This document shows, piece after piece, positions 26,077 through 38,004 of a stretch of DNA of 64,000 nucleotides. Origin of the DNA: Amphiscolops sp. MND2022 (lineage: Eukaryota); contig OZ076409.1 in NCBI GenBank assembly GCA_964187785.1, positions 4,652,001 to 4,716,000 of the forward strand, read 5' to 3'. The notes under the pieces were generated by a model that was given only the letters and a program-made list of their open reading frames with translations, made no database searches and was not told the origin of the DNA. The stretch's first letter is position 1; each line of letters starts with the position of its first letter. The position numbers and the translations under genes are program-made.

Positions 26077-29000
26077 TTATATCCTTTTCACCAAGGAAAA
26101 GTCGATAGTCTTATCTTGGTTGTGGGCGGAAATTGTATCTATAATAGGAGTGTCTTCGGGGGTTAATAAAATTATCATAGTCATGAATGTCTGATTGGTT
26201 ATCTGAGTTGGTATTTTGAGAATTTTGTTCTTTTTGTTGGTTCGGAAAGGAAGAATATTGGCTAAAGGATTCCGGTTGGAAGTCGATTGTGGATGGTATA
26301 TCCGTTTCTTTATTAAATGTTGTGGAAGAAAATTGATCTTCGTCACTGAATTGGTTTTCATCGGAGTTAATTATTTGATTGTTTATATTCGAATAATTAT
26401 CATTGAATAAATGAGGATTATACTGTTGTAGGGAAGGAAAAATAATTGGTTCTTTTGTATAGTAAGGAATTAAATGATTTCTGTGTATGTGAGATGTGTA
26501 ACCATCTTGATTAACAATTTCATATGTTATATAGGAAATTTTGTTAATATTTTTGAATGGTCCAATTCTGATAGGTTTTAATTTGTCGGAAAAATGAACA
26601 TGGAGAAAATTTCTTTTTAGTACAATTGTACCAATATCCAAGGGTCTCGGATTGTGGTATGTTTTGTTAAAATTAGCGTAAGAAATTAATTTTTCTTCTT
26701 GTGTTTTCATATACTGTATGGTATATTTGTATCATAGCAGTTTCAGTGGCTAAGATCCATTGTGGGATCGGTTTAGATAAAATTTTATGGAAGAAGGGGT
26801 TTAGATTTGATTTGTCATAGTGTGTATGAAGTGGTAATTCTTGACAATATTGGGAAGTACAATTTCTATATGTATCTCTTTGGAGATTGAGTTCAAAATT
26901 GATTGGAATTCTGGGTATAGTATGAAATACTATTTCATATGGAGATAAGTTCATTTCAGAAAGTGGTTGTGAATTATGTGCATAAGCATACATATGAACT
27001 TGAGTGGACCAGTTTTCTGGAGTGTTATGTAAGAAAAGTCTGAGATGAGTTCCAAGATTTCTGTTTTGATTTTCAACTAAACCATTAGTCCATGGTGCAT
27101 AAGGAGTTCTTGGTGAATGTCTAATTCCCATTGTTGTACAAAGGTTTGCGAATTCGGAATTAATGTTTTCTGTTCCACGGTCGGTAACTAGGTATACAGG
27201 AGGTCCAATTTTTGTTATCCAATGATGTAGTAAGGAGTTAACAGCGTTTTGAGCATTATTTTGTTTTATAGGTACTGTTACTACAAAGTGACTAAAAGCG
27301 TCTACTATAACATGAATGAATGAGTTTTGATTAGATGGTGGGTTTATAGGTCCTTTTGTATCCATTGATATTCGGTAATTAAAATATGAAGCATTTTCTG
27401 AGAATGTTTGTATGGATGCAGTTTGTATTTTTTGGTTAATATGTTTATTTTGTTGACATTCAATACAATCATGGATAAATATTAACATCCATTTATTCAA
27501 ATATGGTAAGAAGTAAAATTGATTAAAAGCTTTGATGGATAATTTTATTCCAGAGTGTCCGTGAGCATGAAGTTTGTTAAAAGCTGCGTGGAAGAGTTTA
27601 AATGGTAAACATATTTTGTCTCTTTGATTCGGATTTGAATCATGAATATTAGGATAATCTATGTGGATAATTTTTGTATCATGGTTAATATACAATTGGT
27701 TGAAAATTTTGTAATATACTAATAAGAAAGAATTAGCTGCGATTGTTGGGTCTATTAGTAAGGGTCTTTCATTATTAAGTATCCATTGGTAAACTTCTTG
27801 TAAAACAGTGTCTTGTTCTTGTTGAGTTTTAATTGTTTCAATTGTTATTTGTGTATCTTCTGGTAGGAAGAAATTATTAAAATATCTTTTGTATTTGAAA
27901 AAAGATGGATCAAAAAATGGAACTTGTTGATTACAATAATCGAATTTGGTAGGATCTTGTATAGCAAGTGTGTGTTCTTTTAACTTGTCTGAGTTTTGAT
28001 GTTGGATATTATTTGATGAAGTTAGTTCATCGTCATCACTGAGAATATCAGTATCATTAAGAATTGTCGACTGTTGTAAGAGAGATTTTGTTTGGTTTTT
28101 TGTATATTTTTTATATTTTGATTCAAATGGAACAATAGATTGAAAAGAGAAGGAATCTAAAGGTTTTATGTGGATATCTTCTCCTGTGTTTTTTATACGG
28201 ATAGAGAATTGGTCGTCTCCGTAGTCAGCAAGGATAGGATGACAATCATTGTTTTGATTATATTTGATTTCTTCATGTTTTACTAAATAGTGTACTGGTT
28301 TGAGTTGATTATCTTTCATGATAGAGAAATCTATTTGAGGTGGTAATTGTTTGTGTCGTAATTGATGTACTTGTAATTGTTCTTTTGTAAAAGTTCGTGA
28401 AAGCATATCTGCTACAGTTAAGTTTTTTCCAGGGGTATGAATGATTTTCAGTTTGGAGAATTTGGTTAATTGCATTTGTGCTCTATAGAATCTAGGACTA
28501 AGATTTACTTTCTTTGCGAAACAATGTAGTAGAGGTTTGTGATCTGTAAAGATGTTTATGGGATGAGGAGATCCAATGATCAAACATTCATATATTTGTA
28601 ATGCGTAAACTATTGCAAGAAGTTCTCTGTCTAAAGCTGAAAGTTTTTGTTCTTGTGTGTTAAGAATTCTGGAGTTATAAGAGATTACTTTCATTTTATT
28701 TTCTTCGTACATTTGGAATAAGACTGCGCCTAAACCAACTAACGAAGCGTCTACTGTTATGAAAAATGGATGCGTTGTATTGGGTATTGTTAATTCAGTG
28801 TCTGCTGTCATTGCATTTTTTACATTTTGGAATATTTTTTCTAATTCAGGTGTCCATTGGAATTTAACATCATCATGTAGTAATGTATACAATGGTTTAA
28901 GGTTTATATGAAGTTTTTCAATGAATCTTGAATAAAAGTTAACACTGCCAAGAAATTGCATAACATCTTTCTTTTCTTTTGGTCATGGGATTCTTTTAAT

Positions 29001-32000
29001 AGCTTCAATTTTGGATGGAATTGGCTTAACTGTGTTGTTACCAATTTCATGTCCAAGGAATTTTACTTGAGTAACATGTAGAACGATTTTTCAGGTGCAA
29101 GTTTGAGATTTTCTCGAGATGCTATTGTTTGTAACTCTTTTATAAGTTCAAACATTTCTTGTTTTTCATTTGCGAGGAGTAAAATATCATCTATATAAAC
29201 TAACGCAGAACGTCTATCTAAAGAAAGTTGACATTTGTTTTGTGAAAAAGTTTGGAAGTCCCTTTAATCCGTAAAATCCACGGATAAAGGCGTATAGTTT
29301 GTCACCGGATGAAAATCCTGTAAGTTTGATTTTTTCTTCGTCTAATGGTGTATGGGCATAGGCATACATTAAACCAATAATTGATTTATATTTTTTATTG
29401 GCTCTAACTAATTGAGGAGCTAAAGGTTCAATGGGCCAAGATTCAAGCTCTTGGTTAGTGTTTGAGTTTAAATGTCTTGCGTTTAAGACAACTTTTGTTG
29501 CGTCTCTTTTTGGGATAATAACTAAAAGGTTTAAAAATGTTGTTCCAATTGTGTGTTTTTCATCTGAGGTGGAACCAATTTGTTTTATTATATTGTATTT
29601 TTCGAGTTCTAGAAAAAGTTTATTTAGTCTATCTCTGTAGTGAATTGGTACTTTAGAAGGTCTTTGTGTATGAAGTTTACAGTTATCCTTTATTCTAATT
29701 CGAAAGGGAGTAGAAATTTTTCCTACGTCGTTCTTATGTTTGGCGTAACAATTTTGATTATCAATCAAAATATTGCAGAGGTTTACGTTTTCTGTATCTG
29801 TTAATTCTGAGTATTCAAAGTTAAACTTTTTTATGAATTGTTGGTTTTCTGTAGAAAATGGTAATGGAGGAAAATCTTTTCGAATTTTATCGGAGGGTCG
29901 AAGATTTCCAGTAACAGAAGGTATAGGAAGTAGAAGTGTTTTGTCGTTGATTTCTATTTTGTTAATTTCTAGTAAGGATTGTGGTGTTACCCTAGTACAT
30001 AAGTTCATATCTGCATATGGATTTTGTTTAATTGGAGTTGTGGTATCAGGGTGATACGCATGTATTACAGAGTGAATAAGTGAATTTACATCATTAACTC
30101 TATAGTGAGGAGGAGTTGTTTGAGTAATAGGGATCTCTATGTATCCAATGATTCCTAGTGGTAATGTGGCTGGGTAAGATGTAAAATTTTGAATTATAGT
30201 CGCACAAGAGTCTTTGCTTTTTTCATTGACTATCATATCCAAGAAATGAAAAATATCTTTAAATTTTTGTAAGAAGTTTGTATATTGGTTTGTTGGATAA
30301 AATTTTGTATTATCTTCAAGTTCAAAATGTAGATTTGAATAGTTTTTAATTGGGAAATGTATGGTTTTTCCTGACCTTGGTTTAAAGTGAATTGGTTCTT
30401 TACATTTAATAGTATAAATGTAAGAAATATATGGGTAATCTTTTTCGGTATATGTGGAAAATGTTGTTTTTGTTGAAAGCTTTGGATGTTGTTCTATGTA
30501 AGTCATAATATTTTGTTGAAAATCGATATTTTGGATGTGTTTTTTGAAAAAGGGTGTCCCAAGAATGTTGTATTTGATATTGGCTACGGCGAAATCGATA
30601 TTAAAGGATCGTGTTTGATGGTTTACTTCAGTAAAACAGGTTATCGAAATATAGTGTATTATTGGTACTTCAGTTTGGTTTGCAACTGTAAGAATTTTGG
30701 CTCTTTTGTTTTCAAGATTGGTTGGAACTTTGATGTTTAATTGTTTGGAAATCACATGAAATGTTGGTAAATTCAAAACAGATATGGATGCTTCAGTATC
30801 TAAGAGGAATAAGATTTCTAATTTTGAAGGTAATAAGTTATCATTTGTTTCAGAAGCGTGAACATATTGTGGATAAAACCAACTATAAGGAGTGATTGTA
30901 TTAGCTATTTCAGTTAATTGACAGGTGTGGATTTCAAATTTTGTACTATCATTGTCTTTTGTAGATTTAACGTCTACTTGATTTATTTTGTTTTGTTGTC
31001 GGTTTCGTAAGGGTGTTCTCGATCGTGATCTAAAATCTCTAGGTCTTGATGGAGATCTATATGGATAATTATATCGTTTAAAGGAGTTTGCTTGTGATTG
31101 AGAACGAGATCTGTATCTTGAGCGAGAGTTATATCTGTAATTTGAGTTATTTCTGTATGGAGATCTATATGGAGATCTAGATGGAGTTCTTCTTTGATAA
31201 TAATTATCAAATCGAGATCTATGTGGACTTCGAGATCCATTGTAATATCTTTGTCGAGAATTTGATCTATAGTTGTTTTGCGAAGATTCTCTACTATTGC
31301 TACGGTATCTATCATTATTTCTGTGTCTATCGTTTTGGTAATTTTGATTATATTTGTTACGATCGTCATCTGAGGAGTAAGGGTTTGTATTGTCATTTCG
31401 AGTTTCTTGTGAGTTATTAGGTTTCCTGCGAAAACATTGTACAAAGGATTGTTGAGGAGTTCGTGATCTGTGGTTATTGTATTTTTGGTTTTCATCATAA
31501 CGTTGTTTTTGATAACAGTTCGAAATACTATGATTATTTTTGTGACAATAGGAACAATATTTTTTATATGCTGGTTTGCTTTTGTTATTTGGGTCTCCAG
31601 ATTGAGTAACCTTTATATGATCTTCATGTTCAAATTCTTTTTTGTTAGTATCATCTTCAAGCGATACTTTGTTTATTTCTAGAGATAAGTCGTTAGTTCT
31701 AATTTTTTCGTTAGCAATGTCTTCAGAATCGACATGTCTAACAAGTGTGTGAAATGGTATTGAAGGTTCAAGTAATGTCGATACATGTTTAACTTGTCGT
31801 TTATGGGCGAAATCTTTTAATTTTTTGGGTAATCCTTTTGTAAAGATTTCATTATTTTTGAGGTTTATGGTAGCTGCAATTTCATCACACCATCCCTTTT
31901 CAACTAATTGTTGTACTCTAAGGGCGAAGTGGCGTACTGTTTCATTATCTTTTTTCATGAGTGACATAGCTTCTACGTGGGCGTAGTAAGCTTTTTTTTG

Positions 32001-34090
32001 AGATGAAAATTGTTTTTTGAATAATTGTACGAAGGAGTTCCAATGTTGTTTATATGATAAATGAAGGTTAGTATACCAATCGAGAGCTGTTCCTGTTAAA
32101 GAACATTGTATGTAAGCCATGCGTCTGTTATGCCAAGATCTTTATTTTATAGGATTATTCTGAGGTTCTTCACCTATGGCGAAGGTTAATCTAGCTTTGA
32201 CTTGTTGTAGATATTCTTCTGGAGTATAAGAATGGTCTAAACCATCAAAAGGTTTCATAGGTTCTGGTATTGAAGCGGACATGTTCATAAAGGTATCTTG
32301 TGGCATTGGTAAGTACTGGAGTGGAGGAGCTAATTGTTGTGTGATTTGAGGAGGTATATGTTGAGTTTTATTTTGTGGTAATGGATTTGGATTTGGATTA
32401 GGATTTGGATTGGGATTTGGATGCATTTGATATGAAGGATCAGTTGGTATCAGTGTAAGTGGAGGGTTTTGAAGTCTTCTTTGAGAATTATGTGTGGTAT
32501 GGGAATAAGAAGTTGAAGGATACGAAGTTCCTTGATTTTGAGAATATATATTATTCTATGAAGTACTGGTTTGTGATAATTGTATGAAAGGGTTTTGTGT
32601 TGTTGAATTCGTATTAATTTGAGAGTGATTTTGGTTGATATTTGTATTAGTATTTGTATTTGATGGAGTATAAAAGTTATAATTAAATGGATTGTAATAT
32701 GGATTGGAAGTTTGGGGATTATCATTACAATTGTTGTTTAAAGAAATCGATCTATCTGAGCGGAAAGCAGAAGGAATTAATGGAGGATCATATCTAGGTC
32801 GAGTAATGTATCTTGTAGAATCAGAATAGTTCTTGTTGGAGATGCAACATTAACAGAAGTATTCTGAGCATGAGATGTGGTTAGAATATCATCATGTAAT
32901 GTGTCATCGGTTTCGTCGTGTGTTGTTTCATCTGTGTATGGAAGGTTGAAAGTTATATTACTGTTTGGAGATGTATCTAAATGAGATTGAGGGCTTTGTG
33001 TATTTTGTCTCTGATTTACAACTCTAGTTGGAACTCTAAAGGATTGAGAGTGTGTTGATGTTGATGTTCCTGCTTGTGATGCATTTCGTGTTGAAATTGT
33101 AGGTTCTTGAGTAGTAAACTCAGTATCATTATAGTTTTCATTTTGATTTTGTTGTTGGAGTGTATTTTCATTATTGGTAGTATCATCTTCAGTATAGTTA
33201 TTAGTGTTAAATTTTAAGTTTTGTTGAACTTGAGAATTTTGCTCATAGTGATAAGGTCTATTGTCTGCAAATATATCATTTTCTGTAATTAATAGAGGAT
33301 CAAAACGTATGTAATCTAAAGTTTGGTTTGTAATTAATTGTGGTTTATGGAAATAAGGATGTTCATTTTGTTCACTGATGATGAATGGTTAACATTCGTC
33401 AACTGTAAAATGATTTGGAAATGCTGTAAAAGCAGGTTGATCTTGTTGTGACCATAATAGTTGATAATTGAATCTGAAGTATTTTCTGAGGAATAGAGAT
33501 ATTATTTTGATCTGAGGAATTGTTTGGTCATTTAATGTTAAGTCTTTGAAATAATGATAGAGGAAATTTTGTATTCTTAATATATCAGTTTGTAACCAAT
33601 GATGAGGATTGTCTTCAGGATTAACTAATCTTTCAATAATTTCTACGTCGAAATTATTTTAATATCGTTCAAGTTCGTCGAGTGCATTTGGACTAAATTT
33701 TGGAATTTCATGTGCTAGGTTGTGGTCTTTAACATTGTTTAAAAAAGCATGAAAAACTTGTTTAATAGAAACTTGGAGGTTTATTGGGTTTATTGTTTTT
33801 CTGTATATATGAGATGAATTAGGTCTTTGTTGAAGAAAGGAAGTTTGAAAAGCTGGGTATTCTGCAGTGATAGTTAGAACTTTGTATCTAATATAGAAGA
33901 GGTATGTGTCCAAATGTTCTCTGATAAGAGGTATTGTTTCAATTGTATGAGGTTCATTTTCAAATGGGAGTGGTTGTGTATAATGGGAAATAATGTTTTG
34001 TAGGAAGGGGTTTAGTTCTAATTTTACAACTTTTGCATTTTCAATGACGGGAGTTTGAAAAAGTAGAAAGGTTGTTATTGAGGAGTTCAT
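26077..34090 (-). pseudogene. gag-pol: Gag-Pol polyprotein (long N-terminal extension, capsid, CCHC, RS-rich tract, PR, RT, RNase H, integrase)
   Basis: Capsid PFDG...SLTGTALDWY; knuckle CSYCHKNNHSISNC; protease FLLDTEAS (catalytic-motif G lost) and ILGTPFF; RT FYGLKGLP and LVYIDDILL (~29190); RNase H VDAS...DRELLAI...TDHKPL...ADMLSR; integrase HAHGH...CIEC, MDTKGP, TDRGT, NGLVENQN, and GPF motif. Broken by several stops and frameshifts. Confidence 0.95.
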
Positions 34091-35462
34091 TTTTAAAGTT
34101 TATCTTTTCTCACTGTAAGTATTTTTTAAAGAGAATACTAACTATAAATAAGACACAAAACGTGTATGTTGTAATGAGCACTACTGTGGTAACTTTTTCC
34201 CACATGTTATAATATGAAGGTTGAAACGTTGAAAATAATTTTTGATAGAGATCCTTTTAAGTTGGAGCTCTTGGGTAATGTCTTTGTTGATTTATGATAA
34301 AGAAAAAATTTTGTTGATATCGTTCAATTAATCTTTCAAAATCGTCTGATGTAGGGTTTTGAAGTGAGATAATTGGCGGAATGTAAAAAGTGAAAGGATA
34401 AATTGTTTGATTGTATATGTTAGGGTTCATATAATTAGTATTGTAACAAGAATTTGAAGTTATTTGGGATGTTAATAGTTTTGGATAGAGAAGAAAGAAG
34501 CGGATGCAAAAGAATCTGTATTCAACCTCAAAGGATTGCTAACAGAAACTAAGTGTGATTTTAAGTCTGGATCACTTTAAAGTGTCTAACATAAGGTTAC
34601 TGACACGTCCAGAAACGCTAAGGTTATTTTAATTTTAAGTGGGTTGTGTGTTTTAGGACTAAGGGGGTGGAGCTCTGAACAATCAACGTCCACTATCCAA
34701 AGTCTGATCAATTCTGATCAAGATCAAAGTTTGATCTTTGTTTCTTTTACTTTTACTTTTACTTCCTGAGAATTTTTAAGATTCGAACGTAGTTCGGTGT
34801 CCTCTCGATTCTCCTTAAAGACGTTTACACTTAAGTAAAGTTGTTAGTCAGTCTTAGAATCAGAGTGAGCTGGTGGAGCTGTCTGATTGTCTACGTCTTA
34901 CGGGAGGGGATGGTAATTGTGGGTGCCTGAAAGTAGAAAACTAACTTTACAGTGTCTGTTTTATTTACATGCCTTATTTTAGGTTTTAGGGCAAAAAAGT
35001 TGTGAGAATTGTATGTGGTATTTTGTTAAAATAATTGTTTTGTAAGATTATATTAGAATTATTGTTGTTAAAAGTATTAGATATAAGGTTAAGTGTTGAT
35101 TGTGTTGTTATTTTTCTTGTGTTGTTTAAGTTTTGAATTTATTAGTATTGTTTAAGTTTTGTGAAATTATGTGTATTGTTTGTCGACAATTGGAAAAGAA
35201 ATGGAATAGTGCGTGGTTGTTTTTTGTAGATAATCTTGGTTGCCTTTTTTTTATTCAGAGTCTATTTCTGAAAACTATTTTGTAGGAATTTTTTGTAGAA
35301 AATGGATCCGAAACGTAAAGGTAGAAAATCCAGGTTTTCTGCCAACACGAAGTTGATCTTGAGACGTATGTGCTTATAGGTGAGCGGAGCTGGACATGCA
35401 CTCAGTCAACTATTACACCAGGAGTCCACCTGACGTTCAAGATAGCAGGATTGAAGAAAGTT

Positions 35463-35790
35463 GGTGTCAAAGGTGTTAGAAAACCTTGATAAACCAGAAA
35501 AATGTTGCTGTGTCAAAGGTGTTAGAAAACCTTGATAAACCAGACAAACATCAACGAACTGTTTCAACAAGCTTCCGGATTAGCTGTGATAAATCAGTAT
35601 AGAGAACAGAACTGTGTCACTTTTGGATAAATCAGTCTGGAAAGAGAAGAGAAACAGAACTGTGTCACAATGGATAAATCAGTCTGAAATGAAACCGTTT
35701 CAACGTGTTAGAAAACGTGATAAACCGGTATGGCAAGAAGAGCAGAAAGAAGAACCGTATCAACGTGTTAGAAAACGTGATAAACCGGTA
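35463..35790 (-). repeat. Array of seven related hairpin/GATAAA modules in the 5' leader
   Basis: Units at ~35463, 35508, 35559, 35612, 35660, 35695 and 35755 share C(T/C)GT(G/T/A)TCA...GATAAA(C/T)C(A/G)G; the first unit is slightly divergent. Confidence 0.75.
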
Positions 35791-36007
35791 GTGAAGAAAA
35801 TTTGTTATATTTGAATTGATTGTTGTAGTGGAGAAATTGTATTTCTAACGATGATGTATTTTTTGATGAAATTCAGAAAGTCAAAAACTAAATTTTCAAG
35901 AAATTCTAGAAAGATTTCACTGCAATTCCAGAGAATTTCAAAGATGGAGAGTGGTATTTGTTTTATTGTTGAGAGAAGAGAAATCATCCAGGAGAAAAAG
36001 GCAAGAA

Positions 36008-36025
36008 ATTTTACAAGTCGCACCA
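36008..36025 (-). promoter_or_regulatory. Primer-binding site
   Basis: TGGTGCGACTTGT begins 3 nt after the 5' LTR on the minus strand. The cognate tRNA was not identified. Confidence 0.75.
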
Positions 36026-36028
36026 AAT

Positions 36029-36299
36029 TGTGCTGCTTTTAATGGTTGGTTCTTTCTGATGGTGGTATTATTCACAACTACTAAAAGCGGCTAAGAGACA
36101 GGCTAGCTAGCTAACTTTATTACAACTAGTTCGAGGTGTTAGAAGTTGAACAAAAAGGAAGTCAACCGAATTCTGATTATTAGTTTTCTCTCTCTGAGGG
36201 AGTAGAGACTTACAGTCATTCAATAATAAAGAAAAATGTACATTCTAGAACATTCTATAAACATCTAAATACTATTGGTTATTAATGTAGGTCAGTACA
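36029..36299 (-). repeat. 5' LTR (271 bp)
   Basis: Direct repeat of 17832-18100, followed by TSD GTAC. Confidence 0.97.
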
Positions 36300-36303
36300 G
36301 TAC

Positions 36304-36895
36304 CCCTTTTACACATTTCGGCATTTTGAGACTTTTCAAAGTGATTATTTTCGCCTGAAATTTTTTCTCAATGTTCATCCAAAAATATCCATTACAAAGC
36401 GTTATATCTAATTTTTGACGTTATATCCGAACTGTACTGCGTTTTAAAGAAAAGGCGGAGGTTCGAAAGCAGGAGTTTTCCATGAAAACGTCCTATGCCT
36501 ATTTCAAAAGCTGCGCTTTTTGAGCCTCAGATATAGCGCCGAGTTTGGACGTTCCTGCCTTGTTTCTTTTTAAACGTTACATACAAACAGAGAGCATAAG
36601 GAATGGCCTCCCTTTTTTGAAAAGTTTTCAATGTCTCCAAATGGTCAACCGTTCGATTGTTTCGATATTATGGAACCAATTGGGTGTTTGAAAACCCCTT
36701 TTACATTTTTCGACACTATGAAACTGTTTCAAAACTCTCCTTTTTCGTTTTTTTTCGAAAGTTTTCTAATGTCTCCAAAAGGTCCTCCTTCATTTTTTTG
36801 GTATTTTGCAACAAACTGGGTTTTCAAAAAGAAACCTCTCATTTACTATTCTGAGTCTTAGATATAGCGCCGAATTTGGCCGTTCCCGGCTTGTT
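36304..36895 (+). mobile_element. HINE family A 3' portions; the first is the remainder of the copy split by the giant LTR element
   Basis: AAAAGGTAC|CCCTTTTACACATTTCGGCA reconstitutes the family core motif across the insertion. 3' ends at 36564 and 36895. Confidence 0.7.
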
Positions 36896-37280
36896 ATTCC
36901 TTGTTTAAAACAGCTGTTGTAAAGGACAGAAAGTTCAGGCTTTGCGGATTTGCTCGCCGTCAACAGTTTGCCTGAATGAGCATGGAAATCAGCTGTGTAG
37001 CGAAATTGCTGCAAAACTGATGTTTTGTTTGAACGTCTTGAATACAAACTGTTTAATTCGATTGTAGTGATGAACATTCAAAGATGGGAATTGAAATTAA
37101 TTTTTATTATAATTAAAATTTCACTTGAATTAAAAAGGCTCCAAAAAATTCCAAATGGGTTCCGCCTTTCAGAGTTTTCGGCATTGTGAAATCGATTAAA
37201 ATGAATTTTTTGTCTGCAATTAGCTTTTCTCAATGTATACCTAAAAATAAATTGTTTTCTATACTATCCAGAATATATAT

Positions 37281-38004
37281 TGTAACAGGGCCCTCTGGTA
37301 GAGCAATTTTGCAACTTTGACATGTTCAGAAATTTTGTCAAAAATTCTTATTCGATATGTGACGTGGCACTGAGCATGTGATTGCTCTTTTCGCTGTTTC
37401 TACGAAATTGGTAGGTACTTCGACAACAAAGAGCAAAAACATAGGTGCAGCCCCACAACAGACGCTAGAGACTGCAAAAACTTCTGAGAATAGACTCTTT
37501 ACGGGTGCTAACCGTGGTTTTCTTTGAATTTAGCGTTATGCTACCTTAAGTTGCGGAAACCGGTCAAATGAGTCCTGTAGCTTAATTATCCTTGTTTGGT
37601 GCTTGGAGTCCCTGCGTTCCAGCTTTTATCTGTGTGGTTTCCCATATTCGTGCCTGTTTTGATGTATTTTCACTGGTTTTAGCTAGCTCGAGCGCTAGTT
37701 TTGGCAGTTTTAGGTCTTAATCCCAATTTAAGAACTTATTCCCCGTGTCACCCTGGAATTGGAAATTTACCTCATTCTTGGCATTGTTTTTATTTGCTAG
37801 TTAAGCGGTGGTCTTTAGAGAGTCAGGAAGATGCCCGTTACTGTTAGCAATCAAAGACTAGGACCGGTTGGACAGTATTCGTCGAAGCACCTACGGCCTC
37901 GGGACGTATTTCAGGCAAAATGGAGGCAAAATGGATCTGTGGCGATATGCGCCTGTCTTGAGTGATATACCCATTTCTGCAGGTTCCTCCACCTTGCCGT
38001 TACA
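37281..38004. mobile_element. Solo LTR (724 bp)
   Basis: TGTAAC...GTTACA termini with flanking TATAT on both sides; higher GC than flanks; length and termini resemble LTR 10146-10854. Confidence 0.7.

Larger units (their letters stand above)
17832..36299 (-). mobile_element. Giant (18,468 bp) env-bearing Ty3/Gypsy element
   Basis: Near-identical direct LTRs at 17832-18100 and 36029-36299; TSD GTAC at 17828-17831 and 36300-36303; PBS and PPT in minus orientation; domain order PR-RT-RH-IN; env-like ORF. Confidence 0.97.

Noticed and set aside
19477..31682. Plus-strand ORFs inside the giant LTR element
   Set aside because: Short antisense shadows of the minus-strand coding frames with no motifs.
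35463..35790. Leader array as a CRISPR array
   Set aside because: Unit lengths are irregular, the variable parts are duplicated pairwise, and it lies inside an LTR element.
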